Of a DNA stretch of 64,000 bases, positions 1-13,400 are shown piece by piece (position 1 is the first letter of the stretch; each line of letters starts with the position of its first letter). Below the pieces are notes generated by a model. The model was given only the letters and a program-made list of their open reading frames with translations, was not told where the DNA came from and did not search any database. Source of the DNA: Lingula anatina. Its lineage: Eukaryota > Animalia > Brachiopoda. The stretch is taken from NCBI GenBank assembly GCA_051362555.1, contig CM120640.1, forward strand, positions 2,480,001-2,544,000, written 5' to 3'. The translations under genes and the position numbers were made by a program.

Positions 1-1011
1 CTAATTTACATATTACATTCATCTACAACCACCACGCTGGGTGGGGGAGAGACTGAAGACTAGATTTGTCAGTTATAAGTGCTAAATAGTTTATTGTCCA
101 ATGCTTGCGTTGAATATGCTTGTGGATTTCCTCCCGATACAAGTATTTTTTCTATCAGTTTGGTGTATGTATAACTTTTCCCTCCCGCAGCGCTAATACT
201 CTGAATCCTTCCTGGGAATCCGATATCTTACAGCACACAAAATAATAGCCGAACAGTTTTCAGGATGTTATGCATAAACACGCTAATGCCACAGGCTAAA
301 ACTAATATTACGAACTAATCAGGGACATATGGACAAAATATCGCGAAAATTTGACACCGCGTGGCTTTTACAGTATAGCTCGTTGCGTCGACTATTACAA
401 ATTTGTGTGAAATAATCTGTTTAACCTCAGGTTCGTGCCCTACCAGGGTCGTAAACAATTTTTTTCACTGGATACGACTATTCACACACATTTCTCTGGA
501 TATTCTCTAGCTCTGCAAATTTCTGTAAAGTTACCTCGCTTCATATTACGGTAAACCTCCCAGCACTAGTGCCTCTATGATACAACGATGACGGCAAAAA
601 TAGCCCTCCTGCAGTAAATTAGTGAAAAATACCCGCAGTACAGTAATAGAATTTGATGGATTTTATTTTATCAAAACGTAGCTACGTACATGTACACTGT
701 ATGTTGACACTTTAAAATGTTTTCACAAAAATTTTCCACTCGCTGTCAGCTGTTAAATGGCCGTGTAGATCCTTTACGGTGCTCTAAGACCAGCTACTAC
801 TGTATTTAGTCGATGATTTGACCTTGAATTGGGTTTTATAAAGCCAAAAAGAAACTAATTAAATCCGAAAGCATCGTAAATGTTTTGTTTTATTTCGAAT
901 TCGTTGCCGATAAACGATTGTTCACGACCGACAGACGCCACAAGATGTACTGTATTGTAGCACGGCACGCTGAGATTCCATTTGAAGAGTTCGTCGAACT
1001 TTAGAGCTTAC

Positions 1012-1225
1012 ACCATGCCCCAGTGGATGGGTATACGAACCACTCCCCTTGGGCCAACTTTATCATTGAAATAAATTTGGTTAAATTTCTTTCGTCTGTC
1101 TCACTCAAGCCATGGTCATGGGGCATAACGTCGTTGAAACGTTTGTGGGACTCCTCTGTCCATTGTTGTGTCTGTTCAAAACTTTCAGAAATTTTGGCGC
1201 AAAGAATCTGAAATTGCAAATCCAT
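1012..1225 (-). CDS. Probable first coding exon of an unidentified gene continuing beyond the left edge of the window
   Basis: ATG at 1225 in an A-rich context (GAGAAAAAAATGG). 71 open codons of protein-like composition (MDLQFQILCAK...YPSTGAW) end at a T|GTAAGC donor (1011-1006). Flanks are richer in CpG than the rest of the window. No family recognised and no downstream exon found. Confidence 0.45.
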
Positions 1226-1515
1226 TTTTTCTCACTTCAATCCCTTAACATAAATGATGGTGAATGATTATAGTGTAGCAACAAATTTAGACATATCCCT
1301 TTAAACCGTGGCTATTTTGTAAGATGATATGAGGGGTACATGTAAAATGAGATTAAAGCTGAATTCCCTTTGAAACTCTCAGTCTACGTAGATTGCTCCA
1401 ACTTCTTGGGGACTCTAGCTGCATACAATCAGTTTAACAAATTAAAAGGCCTCCTCTTGTTTCTATCCATCTCTATCAAGAAAAGAAGCTGCTGATATCC
1501 CTCCCCAGTTTTTAA

Positions 1516-1518
<3 letters not shown>

Positions 1519-1589
<71 letters not shown>
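1519..1589. repeat. (TA)n microsatellite followed by a poly-T run
   Basis: Directly visible run of about 35 TA units. Confidence 0.95.
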
Positions 1590-1605
<16 letters not shown>

Positions 1606-2479
1606 ACGTAACAGAGAAAAAAACCCGCAACAGTACCTTCGGAGAGAGAAAGCGGTGGAATAGAACTGGATGGTAGGGCAGGGTTTTGTTAAGTCTATTT
1701 CTTTTCTTTTTTCTTAAGTAACATGATTTTAGCAGCCGAATTACGTGTAATTAAATCGTTGAAAACGTGTAATTACTCGAGTTGAATGTTTCACGATTTG
1801 GAAAAAAATTTTTTTTCAAAAAAAAAAAAAAAAAAAAAATCAATTTGGCGTGAAAATCCTGAATAGGATACATTCAACACATTTTGATACAATACAATTT
1901 TACCATTTATGTTTTAAAATTGAATATCCAGTTGTCGTCTACTCCATTTCTTGCCTGATGGTCAGCCATTTAGTTGATGCTGAATGTTACAGAGGAATTT
2001 GAATTATTTTTCTTTAAAAAAAAGGTTTTGAGGCATTATTGCCAGATTCTTGCAAAACAATTGACATAATATAACAAAATCTCATGACCACTTTTATTAT
2101 GTATACATATTTTATTTTGAATGTAATAACACTAATGTTGAGCAGAGTACGTAAGACCGTCTAATTTTTTTATCTAGCTTAGGTAAACTGTATTGTTGGC
2201 AGCAGAAATTGTTCACTCCTAGAAACAAATAACAAAGAGAAAACAATTATAATCTATTTTGTGTTAACTGTCACACATTTACTGATACACTTTTTTCCTT
2301 ATATATCCCCTTAAACCACAAGCTTGTCAATATTAAGTTGTAAGTTAATGCATCAATATCCAAGTGTTACACAGACTCTTTATTTATGGCAACATTCAGC
2401 CACTAAATAATAAATATTACTAACAGTTAACTGCATAATAAGCTGTCATCATGCCATTTTTTAAAAAGTCCGTGTCCTA

Positions 2480-5400
2480 TTATGCAAACAATGTATCCAT
2501 TAGTGAATCTCTATCAGGAATAGTCTTTGCTGTCATAAGCATGGGGTTTTCTAAGTTCTCCTTGAATGCCGATAAAAATCTGGTAGCGAGATAATCATCG
2601 ACTATTCTGGCATCGCTGGATAGTGTCACTGTCATTAATGTCCTGGGGGTGTTGTCGTCACCCAGACACACTCTGGAGGACCCCACGGCCAGGATACAAG
2701 CCTGGGGTGGGTTGATTACTGCTGAGAATTCTGTGATACCAAACATTCCTAGGTTTGAAATTCTGTGCAAAAATGGAAATTTTAATGTGCCTTTTTATCT
2801 GAGATAACAAAGTTTATCATCTTTGAATTTTAAATATATAAATAATAAAAAATAGTTTTCCTCCTCTCAATTGATATTCATTATAATTACACAAAAATTG
2901 TATTTTGAAATTTGTGGCTTCTGTTTCTTGTATTAAGTAATGCTCTAAAAACAATTAACTAGTTCACTTGTGTTGAGTAATTAACAGACTAGACTTACGT
3001 GAAAGTTCCCCCTTGAAATTCATTGAGTTGCAATTTGTTTTCTCTTGCCCTGGTAGCCAGGTCCTATATCAAAAGGAGACCAAAAAACGCTTTATATAAA
3101 CTTAATTGATTTTGCATGAAGGGTGACAGCATATTCTGAAGATTGTGAAACCAACACAAGCCAAACTTCAAAATCTGTAAAGGACTATAAAATTGATACA
3201 AAACTGATTTTTAGATAACCAAATGTTCATAGATCTATGACTGAATATCATACTAAGTAATACCTAATATTTTCATTTCAAAAGTGTAAATAATGGCTTA
3301 CCCTAACAGTATCACTGATTTGTTGAACACCTAAGCTGGCAGCATCTTTGACTATTGGAGTAATAAGACCATTGTCAGTGGCAACAGCAACAGAAACATC
3401 CACTTCTTGCATCAGACGGGCACTTTCTCCAGTCCACAGGGCGTTGACCTCAGGAACCCTCTTGTGGTTAAATAAATTCATATGATCAATAACAATAATA
3501 ATAATTATTATTACTATTATTTTTAGTTTACTTCATTTTAATATTCATCTTTCTTTAAGACAGCAGTTCGAGTATGATCTTTGAATTCTTTTGGTGTAAG
3601 AAATTAATATAAATATTTTAAAGATAATGTTCAATCAAGTACAGCATTAGCTCCTAGTGATGACAATGCACCACCATGATCCAATGTATTTAATGAATAT
3701 CTGATAGCATTTTGATTACACTACGAAAAATTCTAATAGTTTTACAAGACTCTTTGAAATATGTGCACTTTTTTATTTGTACCTGAAGAGCAACTGCTGC
3801 TGCTTTAATTATGAAGTCATTCACAGATACTTTTATACCATCTTCTGAAAATTTAAATAAAAGAAAATCAAGATAATTATTCATCACCCATTTTTTTTCT
3901 TTAGTATCAAAAGTTACATTTACTATTGAAAATATAACATGTATCCACAGTTCAGAGACTAAGTTTTTACAGTCACACCTGGTTTAATCCAATGTCACAC
4001 AGTGGTCCTTACTTTGAAAATCTTTCCTCATGTCCAGCACATTTCCCATGTCACAATCAATAGTAGAGTATGAGTGTGGTATGGTGGTCTGAAATGTGGA
4101 TGTCTTGATCATTAATATTTCTACATTAAAAATATAAATCCTCACCAACAAAATTTTAATTACCAGGAAGATTTAATCTTCAAGCAGGGAAAACAATTTG
4201 TCAACTGTTTTACCATTTGACAAAGTCCTAATGATTTACAGAATATGCATCCTGAGAAAGAGTTAAACAGTCAAACTGGACACTTCATCTATTAACAATG
4301 GCTATGGCTCTTTGTGTTCACATTTTGGAATCCTTTTTTAAGACCCACATACTGCAGGGGTGAAATGTGCTAAAGCAATCCCAAACATACTCTACACATA
4401 TGACAATTACCTTTGATTCTGTTAACCTCTTTGCAATTACTTTTCTCATGTTGGATAATTCAATGTCTAGATAGCCTTCCCCTTCTGTCACCCTCACTGG
4501 TGTAGGTGGTGGTGGTGGTGGTGCCCCAACTTGCTGCACCATGGGCTGTGCAGGCGCCGCCTCTAAACGTTCTGCAGGGCTGAGATTTTTCTCTTTGATG
4601 TAGCTTAGCACATCTCTGCAAAAAGATACCAAAATTTACAGCAAACAATAAATTTTCTGTCATTTGATTCTGTAATTAATCCTTGCCATCCTTATCTTTG
4701 CAATTTAATCTAATCCCAGAATCTTCTTCCACAATGCATACATATTTCTAGTTATATTATTTTATTTTTGACTTCCCTGTCAAAATACGAAGCACTAAAA
4801 TGATCAATAATATGCAATTATAAAAGTCTACTAAAAACAAACAAGGTCATGTTGTGGAGATATCACATTATAAATATTGTTAAATTTGACTCATTACAGG
4901 TACTGTAAAATCTCACCCTTTTAATATTCTACCCTGGGGTCCTGTGGGTTTTACATTTCCTAGCGCTATACTGTATATTTCTGCCCAACTCCGAACAGCC
5001 GGGCCTATTTTCACTCTGAAATACACCCTACATTTCACTTAATCTGTACCATTAATAACTCAGACCCTTACTTCATAATTCAAAGTATTGTTGATAATAT
5101 CAGTTGAACATCACTTCAATTATTTACCTGCTAGTCAATTTGACAATGCATAATATGAGCTTAAAAACTCACCAGAAAGATATTAATACAGTATTGCCCC
5201 TTTAAAATGTATGTGAGAGAATATACAGCATCAAGGCCTCAACTAAAACAATATAAAACTACTATTACAGTATAACAGACTGCCAAGTTACCCCTTTGGT
5301 ATGTCAAAATGTTCTGTAGATTGTGTTGCAGCAGCAGCAGCAGCAGGCTGAGGGGGAGGGGGAGGGGAAGAGGCGGGTTCCTGGGTGGGTTCTACAGCAG

Positions 5401-5559
5401 GTGCACTGTCTACCTCCGTATCAGCTGGCACCTCGACATTCTCCCAGTCTTCCCCCTCCTCCACCATCACTGCTATCATGACACCAATCTGTACATCTTT
5501 ACTGTCATCAGGTTTCTATTTGGGAGAAATTGAATAAAATGTCAAAGTAAAAACTTGTG

Positions 5560-5599
<40 letters not shown>

Positions 5600-7175
5600 T
5601 AATTTCTTATACAGTGCATTCCATTTTCATACAGTACAATGCAATTTCCAATTTAAGTATAACAATTTGTATGAATTACAGCTGCACTAAAATAAGGACT
5701 TACTTTAAAAGTACATATGGCAATTTAAATTTTGATGTGATGTTCTTCATTGTTATGGCCCTTGTAAACAAGGTCATGTTTTTGCCTTTCTTAACTCTTA
5801 CAGTTATGGGCAGATTTTGATAACATTTTCATGATAGCCAAAAATGGGCTAAATTACAATCAATTAGAATTTGGTGGTGATTCATTAGTTCTAATTCTAT
5901 ATGTCCCAGTGAAATAGAATTGCCCAGCTCTCAGCAGCATGTGGTTCCCTTCATTTGACATCACTGCACTCTTCCAGTCAAACACAAATATGGATCCAAA
6001 TGCTGCAACGATACAAGCATAAAGTGGATAGCATAAAACAGGGCATGTAATTAACTTACTATAATTTTGGCTAGAATCCCCTCCTCTTCCACCTCCATCC
6101 CCATAACAGCCTTGTCAGTCTGTATGTCACACAGAATGTCCCCGGGAGCTATTGTGTCACCTGAATAATAAAGATACAATTACACCTGTTGGTATTGTTA
6201 TTAAACCATGGAGCAACTACATTTTTAACATAAATGGATTAGTTTTTATACAGCATTAAAAAATATATTGCTCACTTCTTTTGTCTTTTTCCTTAACGAC
6301 AAGCAAAGTTAAAAGAATTATGTTCCCTTCAAATAACTTGTATTGGGAAGTAACATATATGTATTACAAGGAAAAACAGAAATTGTGACACAATATATTA
6401 CAAAAAATAAAACAAACAATGCCACAGGTGCAACCAGTCCAGTGGTAAATATAATAAGGCTACCATCCTGACAAGATTCCCAGTTATGGTCACATAATAT
6501 TTACCTTCTTTTTTGTACCATTTTACAATAGTACCTTCCTGCATGGTTGGTGACAGCGCAGGCATTTTGATGGGAGTTGCACCTGGAACAGTCACAAATG
6601 AGGGAGCCATTCCAACCGATAACAAGTACAATACACAAGACAAGATTGACAGTTACTACAAGTGTGAAATGGCAATTAAATCATCATATTGCAAAAATTG
6701 GACAGTAGGTGAGTTTTTACAGAACAGAAAATGCTGACAACTATCTCAGTTAAATTGATCTTATTCAGAAAAGGAGTGAAACAACTTGTGAACCCCTCCT
6801 CTTTTTACATTTCAATAACATCGTCTGTGGGCTTACCGACACTGGGAGATGACTTAACTCCCCCACTTATTTTTCTTCTTCGTTCTTAAGTACTAAATAA
6901 TTATTGTGGTGGAATATCCCAAAATTTTGTTGATGACATTGACGCAATGACACTGGCGGTGAAGACGATTTTCATGTTGTCAAGATGAACTGGACAAGCA
7001 GACGTCAAGTGTTCTTCTTCAAATAAATGAATAAATTTGTTAAAAACTTACCAAATAATCGACATGATGATTTAAAACCCTTATATTGTAATGTCAATGA
7101 TTTGTGCGCATTTGTGAGAGCGCTACACCGATACTTGTGAAGGACTCGGCTGACCTTCCACAAGGAGGACGCCAT
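2480..7175 (-). CDS. PDHX: Pyruvate dehydrogenase complex component X (E3-binding protein), mitochondrial; 11 coding exons, 491 aa
   Basis: Exons joined by hand with GT-AG sites and consistent phases: 7175-7052, 6582-6505, 6160-6060, 5515-5292, 5015-4917, 4615-4411, 4088-4013, 3844-3783, 3460-3302, 3063-2999, 2762-2480 (1476 nt). Basic Ser-rich transit peptide; a single lipoyl domain ([11 protein letters not shown]...DIQTDKA); Pro/Ala linker; peripheral-subunit-binding domain (GPAVR...[12 protein letters not shown]); acyltransferase core ([13 protein letters not shown]). The E2 DHRxxDG motif is replaced by SDARIVDD, as expected for PDHX rather than DLAT. Confidence 0.93.
5559..5597. repeat. 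(TAA)n microsatellite in PDHX intron 3
   Basis: Directly visible; explains the poly-Ile start of the spurious ORF 5557-5820. Confidence 0.9.
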
Positions 7176-7901
7176 CTTTGTCAATCTCGTTTTGAAAAAG
7201 TTGTGTGCAAGGTGAAGGCTACTCTCCACATAAGCGGGAAATGTGATTTAAAATACAGTACATATCGAAAGATGACGTATTTATAGATAAGGTGCTTAAT
7301 GGAATTTCAGGTTCGAGAATAAAAAAGAAATGGCGCGGTATCGTGAAAATTGAGCAGGTTTTTTTTTACACTAGCAGGAGGTTTCTTGCGTTAGATCCCT
7401 TTCGTGTGGCTAACATTTCAGATTATCTTTTGTTGCTGAAGAAAACGAACAGCTGTTGAAAATATTGGAAAATAAATTTAATTTACAAAATATAGATTGA
7501 TTTTATCAAAAGCCATCTAGTGTAACAGCTAATTATTTAACAGACCCCAATATTATGTTTTCAGTATTTGCCCAACTTGGCCACATGTGGCTATAAGACC
7601 CCCAGACCAGGGCTTATAACTGCAAGCATGGGAGTACTGGAGGTCAGTGGTGTCCCTAACATCCACCATCCCCAGGAGAGGTACGTATAGTTTAAAGTAC
7701 ATCAATTGGTAGCAACGTACATTCCTGAAAAATGTGGTCCACTTTACCTTCGGTAGATTTATATGTGCATGCATGCTTTCTTTGATTTTCCTGTGGTGGT
7801 CTCCAGACTCCTTGTCTAGTATGCTTACATTGGCAGTAATGGGGATTTAGGGCTGTATTATTATGTACAGACACAGATGTGTCTGTACATATTGCCATCA
7901 C

Positions 7902-8682
7902 GGGGTCCGCCATATAGATAAACGTCCCAATAAAATATTCGCCCCGATAGATACGTCTCTATACATACACGTCTCAATAGATTTACATCTCGTTAAATTT
8001 ACGTTCCGATAGATCCACCAACAGATTCCTATAAACCCACGTATCTTTAGATCCAGGTACCGCTAGATCCATCTATCTGACATTGTAATCGGCTAAAAGG
8101 CCCATATCAACTTGCGTTGTGAAATTTAGAACACATTTTTATGTTCTTTTTTGTTTTGTTTTGTTTAGAACACATTTACATGTAAATTCAGAACACTTTT
8201 TACGTGTTCGAATGTTGCATTTTGAGGACGCTTTAAACAGTGTTCTGATGCTAGAACAGTAATTAAGCATTGTGAAATATAAAACACCCTTTTGTTCTTT
8301 TTATGTTCTTTCACTGAGTATTGTGTGAAAACGATCTAGTAGAATAATATATTGCTGACTGCGTACTGCCGTTTTAAAGAAGTGCATTTTATGTACTGAG
8401 TAGTATACCAACCATTTCGAGCAATAGTGTACCTGTAATGGATCTATCGGTATTTGGATCTAAAAATACGTGGATCTATAGGTATGCGGATTTAAAGGAC
8501 GCGGGTTTATGAGGACATCATATCTATAGGAACGCAAATATATAGGACAGCAGAAAAAAATCGGATCTATCGGTATTTAAATCTAAAAAGATGTTTTTTC
8601 CGTTTTTCCTTTATGTATCTATCGGTAACGGGAGTATAGGGACGTGTAATATTTTGGGACTAAATTTTATCCGTACGTACCC
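7902..8682. mobile_element. Foldback MITE (possibly Mutator-like) inserted in the Helentron-type element
   Basis: Direct repeat GCCATCAC on both flanks (7894-7901 and 8683-8690). Termini GGGGTCCG.../...CGTACCC. Long imperfect inverted arms (~7902-8072 vs ~8440-8682) rich in GATAGAT/ATCTATC motifs. Removing it rejoins the host hairpin to its microsatellite. Confidence 0.75.
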
Positions 8683-8812
8683 GCCATCACCTGCGTCTGT
8701 CGTCGCCGTCGCCGTCGCCGATCATGTCGCTGTGCACTTCCAGCGTTAACACCATAAGTGGAAGACAGTTTTACTTTTTGCCTTTATATTTACAGAGCTG
8801 ATGAATATTCAT

Positions 8813-9200
8813 AAAACGCAGGTCAAGTTCGAAAATCAGCATGATCGGGCCATTATTGTAGAATTTATGCTGTTTTTTCACTTTTCAGCATATATGCAAC
8901 ACTGTTAACACATTTCAAGGAAAACTGATAGGCCTGTTGTCATGAAACTCACAGGAGTAATCAATCTTACTAAAACGCAGATCAAGTTAGAAAATCTGCA
9001 TGATCGGGCCACTATTTTAGTAGTTATGCTGTTTTTTCGCTTTTCAGCATATATGCAACACTGTTAACACATTTCAAGTAAAACCCATAGGCCTGTTGTC
9101 ATGAAACTCACAGGAGTAATCAATCTTACTAAAACGCAGGTCAAGTTCGAAAATCAGCATAATCGGACCATTATTTTATAAGTTATGCTGTTTTTTCACA
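8813..9200 (+). repeat. ~159-bp tandem repeat, about 2.4 copies, inside the Helentron-type element
   Basis: AAAACGCAG(G/A)TCAAGTT(C/A)GAAAATC recurs at 8813, 8972 and 9132 with near-identical intervening sequence. Confidence 0.9.
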
Positions 9201-10453
9201 TTTCCTCAGATTCAATTCTTAGGCATGTTAACAGTCTCATTATTTAATTAATAAGATATGTAAAAGTGTTTGTTTGACATTTCCTGCATCTTTATAAAAT
9301 TGTTAGTTTATTACGTAAAAATGATGGTAAACTTGTAATCGTGTATTGTGTAATAAAGTTTCAAAAATGGAAATAAACTCATCATTGCAGTTTGTAAGAT
9401 TCAATCATTCACTGTGTTCAGAAACTCAGAATGGAGGAAATTGGACATTTGGCACTGTTCTATTGATATTTTTCACATCTCATCAATTTTCTTAGTTGAT
9501 CATATAAAAATGGCAGTAAACTGTTAATTTTGTTTTATGTTAAAAAAGTGTTAAAATGGAAATAAACCCATTTCAGAACAGTGCTGTCTTGTTTACATTT
9601 TGGCATTTTCAAGTTGTGACTTTGAAGTTCCATGGGCCTGAAGACCTTTGCCAGTCACATTTTCTGAATATCCATAATACTAATATTTTATTATTAAAAA
9701 TTGATGGTCATTATGCTGTTAAACGTTATGTAATATTGCATCAAAATTTGGAAAAAAATATTTTGGGCACTGCTCCCATGATGACCATTTAAGAAAAATC
9801 ATGTCATTTTCTGTTCTCAGGAAAGAAACAGGGGACTAAAATACAGCTTCAGTAGGCAATGCAGTCTGTTTGGTAATTCTTTCTGCTAGTTAAACAGTTT
9901 TTTTTTTTTTTTGTGAAAATTTAATTTTTCACATATTGGCATTTTCAAGGTGTGACTTTGAAGTTCCATGGGCTTGAAGACCCATGCTAGTCACATTTTC
10001 TGAAAATCCATGATACGTATATTTTAATATTAAAAATTGACGGTCATTATGCTGTTAACCATTATGTAATATTGCATCAGAATAGAAGAAAACACAATTT
10101 TGGGTGCTGCTGCCATGATGACCATTATGGGAAAACCATGTTACTGATGATTGCCAAACGTTCAAAAAAGAAATACAGGACTAAAATGCAGCCTGAGTTG
10201 GAAAAGCAGTCTAATTGGCTTCTTTTTCTGGAAGTTATACATTTTCAAAGTGTGAACTTGAACTGCCATGGGCCTGAAGCCTTATGCTTGTTACACATTT
10301 TACTTACATTGGTATTACCTGTTGAGCATAATTAAAATTTGATGTTGAATTTGCAGTTTAACATAATGTACTTTTGCATCAGAATTGACAGTAGCCTATT
10401 TTGTGCATAGTTATTTCCTGCTTTTTGTCTGTACATTTGACAGCTTTGCTGCC

Positions 10454-10457
<4 letters not shown>

Positions 10458-10491
<34 letters not shown>

Positions 10492-13400
10492 TTTATTGCA
10501 TATCTCAAATAAGTACAGATTTCAGCAAAAAATACAAAATTTATAAATAACTAAATAAAAATCACACTCACTCTCTCACTCACTCACTCACTCACTCACA
10601 AAGAGACACTCAGTCATTTGCAATATATATATATAGTTACTGTGTCATTTAATATATATGTCAACAACGATATATTGATAACCTAATAGTAAAATACTTA
10701 ATAATACTTAATAAATAATATGATCTAATACAGATAAAAACAAATATGTGTTTTACTATCAAATATCGGCAGGGGAACATACACAGATAGAAGATATCAG
10801 TCCAGGAAGAGAGGCTGCAGCTTTTTCCATTTTTCATTAAATTTATCTATTGTCATGTTTCTCAGACTTATATTTCTCTCTGCGATGTAGGCCTGTCTCC
10901 ATTCTATTTTAATATTTTCTATGTTCGGGGTAATGTTTTTCATTTTAAATTTATATATAATAAATTTTGTTATGATCAGCAAACTGTTGAGCGCATTGCA
11001 TTTCAAATTTGGAATTCCTAGAATTATATCAGATGCTGTTAATTGTAATACAAGTCCAGTCTTTAAATGGATCCAGTCTTGTATTTTTGCCCAAAGGGGA
11101 GCAATTACTTTGCACTCAATAAAAAAGTGTTGAAGAGTTTCAGGGTGTTCGTTACAGAAGGAGCAGGTCTCTGTATCTTTTATCCCAATTTTTCGTAAAA
11201 AATTATTTGTAGCTAAAATTCTTTTTGATACTCTAAATTGAAACCAGCGCAGTTTAGTATCTAAAGTACATTGGAAAGGAATGTTATTCAAGATTTTCCA
11301 CTCTTCAGCTGTGAGAGGTTCTTTAGAAAGGAGTTCCCATTTTGACATTGCATTAGTCTTTTTCATTTCGTTTGAGTTCAAAATATTGTAAAAAGGTTTC
11401 CCCCCTTTTGTAAATTTTAATAGCCATTTAAGTTGGGTTGAAATTATAGGGAGCTCAATTTTTTCGTGTAAATTGTCTATATTCATTTGTTTTTGAAATT
11501 TTTTTAATGCGCATAGTATACTTGTGAACATAACATAATTTATTATATTCCCGTGCCTTTCCTTGAACTGTTGGTATGTGAGGTAATTTCCCTCTGTATC
11601 AATCAAGTCATTTATGTTTCTTATACCTATTTTATTACAGGTTCTTATAAGAATAGGATTGTTTTTTATCCGTATTTTATCATTTAGCCATAAACATTCT
11701 TTTAAAAAATTTTCTTTTGTATCAATCTTTTTATTCTTTAACAGTCTGCACCATGCATCAATGACTTGATTCCAAAAAGCATTTTTTGATCCGTTCTTAA
11801 TTTTTTGCATTTCAGACATTCCCATTTCAGACCAGTGTACACCCTTACTTTCAGGGATCAGACTAAGGAAAAAGAAAGACCATTTTGAATTTTTGTGCAT
11901 GATTCTCCTGAGCCATGAAATTTTTAGGGAATCAATATAGTTTCTAATATAGGGGACTTTTATACCTCCATTTGAGTACGACTGTGTCATTATATCTCGT
12001 TTTACTCTTTCAATATTTCCATTCCATATGAAATTAAAGCACATTTTTTGTATTTTGTCTACATATTTGTTTGGTATTGGCAATGTGGAAAATAAATGAG
12101 TCATTTTTGGAAGGATCAGTGATTTAAAAATTACATTTCTCCCCAAAACTGTTAGCGATCGGTGAGTCCATTGTTTCATAGTTCTTTCCATATCTTCGAG
12201 TTTATCTCTATAATTTTTCTCAATCATTTCATGTAAATTTACTGAGAAATCTATTCCAAGGATTCTGAAAAAACGTTCATTCCAATCGATATTCAACTCT
12301 TTACACATGCTCTCTTGTGAGTCTTTCTTGCTTCCGAACCAGTTTAATTTAGTTTTTTGATTGTTCATTTGTAGTCCAGAAAATTGGGAGAATTCATTTA
12401 GAACCTTTAGGGTATTTCTTAAACTTTTTTCAGTCCCATCCAACACAATAGTTGTGTCATCAGCATACTGGGAGATGAGAAAAGTTTGATTATGTATTGT
12501 AATGCCTTTTATGTCTATTTCATTTTTTAACATGATACTTAGTATCTCAGCACAAAGAATGAAAAGGTGAGGGGAGATGGGATCCCCCTGACGGCAACCC
12601 CGAGAAAGATTGAAGAAAGAAGAGGCAAAACCATTAACCAAGACACACGAAGAGGAGTCTTTAAGGAAGAGTTTTATCCATTTTATGATAGATTCTCCAA
12701 AGTCAAAGAATTCAAAGGTTTTTTCGATAAAACCCCAGTCGATTGAATCGAAAGCCTTAGCAAAATCGATTTGCATCAACAGACCTGGTATTTCATGTGC
12801 GTCACAGTATTCAATTAAGTCGAAAATGGTCCGTGTATTCTCACCTATGTATCTGCCTGCCATAAACCCATTTTGGTCTTCATTTATTAATATTGGTAAT
12901 ACTTTCTTTATTCGATTCGTTATACATGCCGAGGCAAGTTTATACACAACATTAAGTAGTGATATCGGTCTTAGGTTTTTTAACAAGTTGGTAGGCTTAT
13001 TATGTTTAGGTAGAAGGACGATTATACCCCGGGTAAGAGTTATAGGTAGTTTGTCTTTTTCATATGCCTCGTTTATACATCTTATTAAAAAACTATTCAG
13101 TTCTTTCCAAAAGAATTTGAAAAATTCGTAAGTAAACCCGTCGGTACCTGGGCTCTTTTCATTTTTCGTTTGTCTTAATACTGTATAGAGTTCAGCGTAG
13201 TTTATCTTTCCTTCGAGCGAGGATGCTTCGGCTTCGGTCAATTTTGGAGTTTCAATATTTTCCAATCGAGTTTTTATGTCTACTGATTTGTGATTTTGTT
13301 TCTTAAATAAATTTTCGTAAAAGCGTGCGGTTTCTTTGAGAATCTCATTTTGTTCAGTAAGAATATTTCCGTTATCTGTTACCAGTTTAGTTATTGACTT

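Larger units (their letters stand above)
7862..10457 (+). mobile_element. Non-autonomous Helentron-type element (HINE / DINE-1 / pearl-like) with internal tandem arrays
   Basis: 5' perfect hairpin TATGTACAGACAC-AGAT-GTGTCTGTACATA (7862-7891); (CGTCGC)n microsatellite at ~8700-8720; ~159-bp tandem units containing AGGTCAAGTTCGAAA (8813, 8971, 9131); longer degenerate repeats starting ~9600, ~9938 and ~10240; a 3' copy of the subterminal repeat TGTCTGTACAT (10426-10436) followed by a short hairpin CAGC-TTT-GCTG and TTGTT. This layout matches known Helentron-associated elements. Confidence 0.75.

Noticed and set aside
3657-3704. C-box (GTGATGA) and D-box (CTGA) pair suggesting an intronic snoRNA
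   Set aside because: It is on the strand opposite the host gene, too short, and lacks a terminal stem. Sense-strand C-box matches at ~6681 and ~58965 have no suitably spaced D box.
2480-7175. Calling the gene DLAT (E2 acetyltransferase)
   Set aside because: The catalytic His of DHRxxDG is absent (DARIVDD), and the single lipoyl domain with 11 exons fits PDHX.
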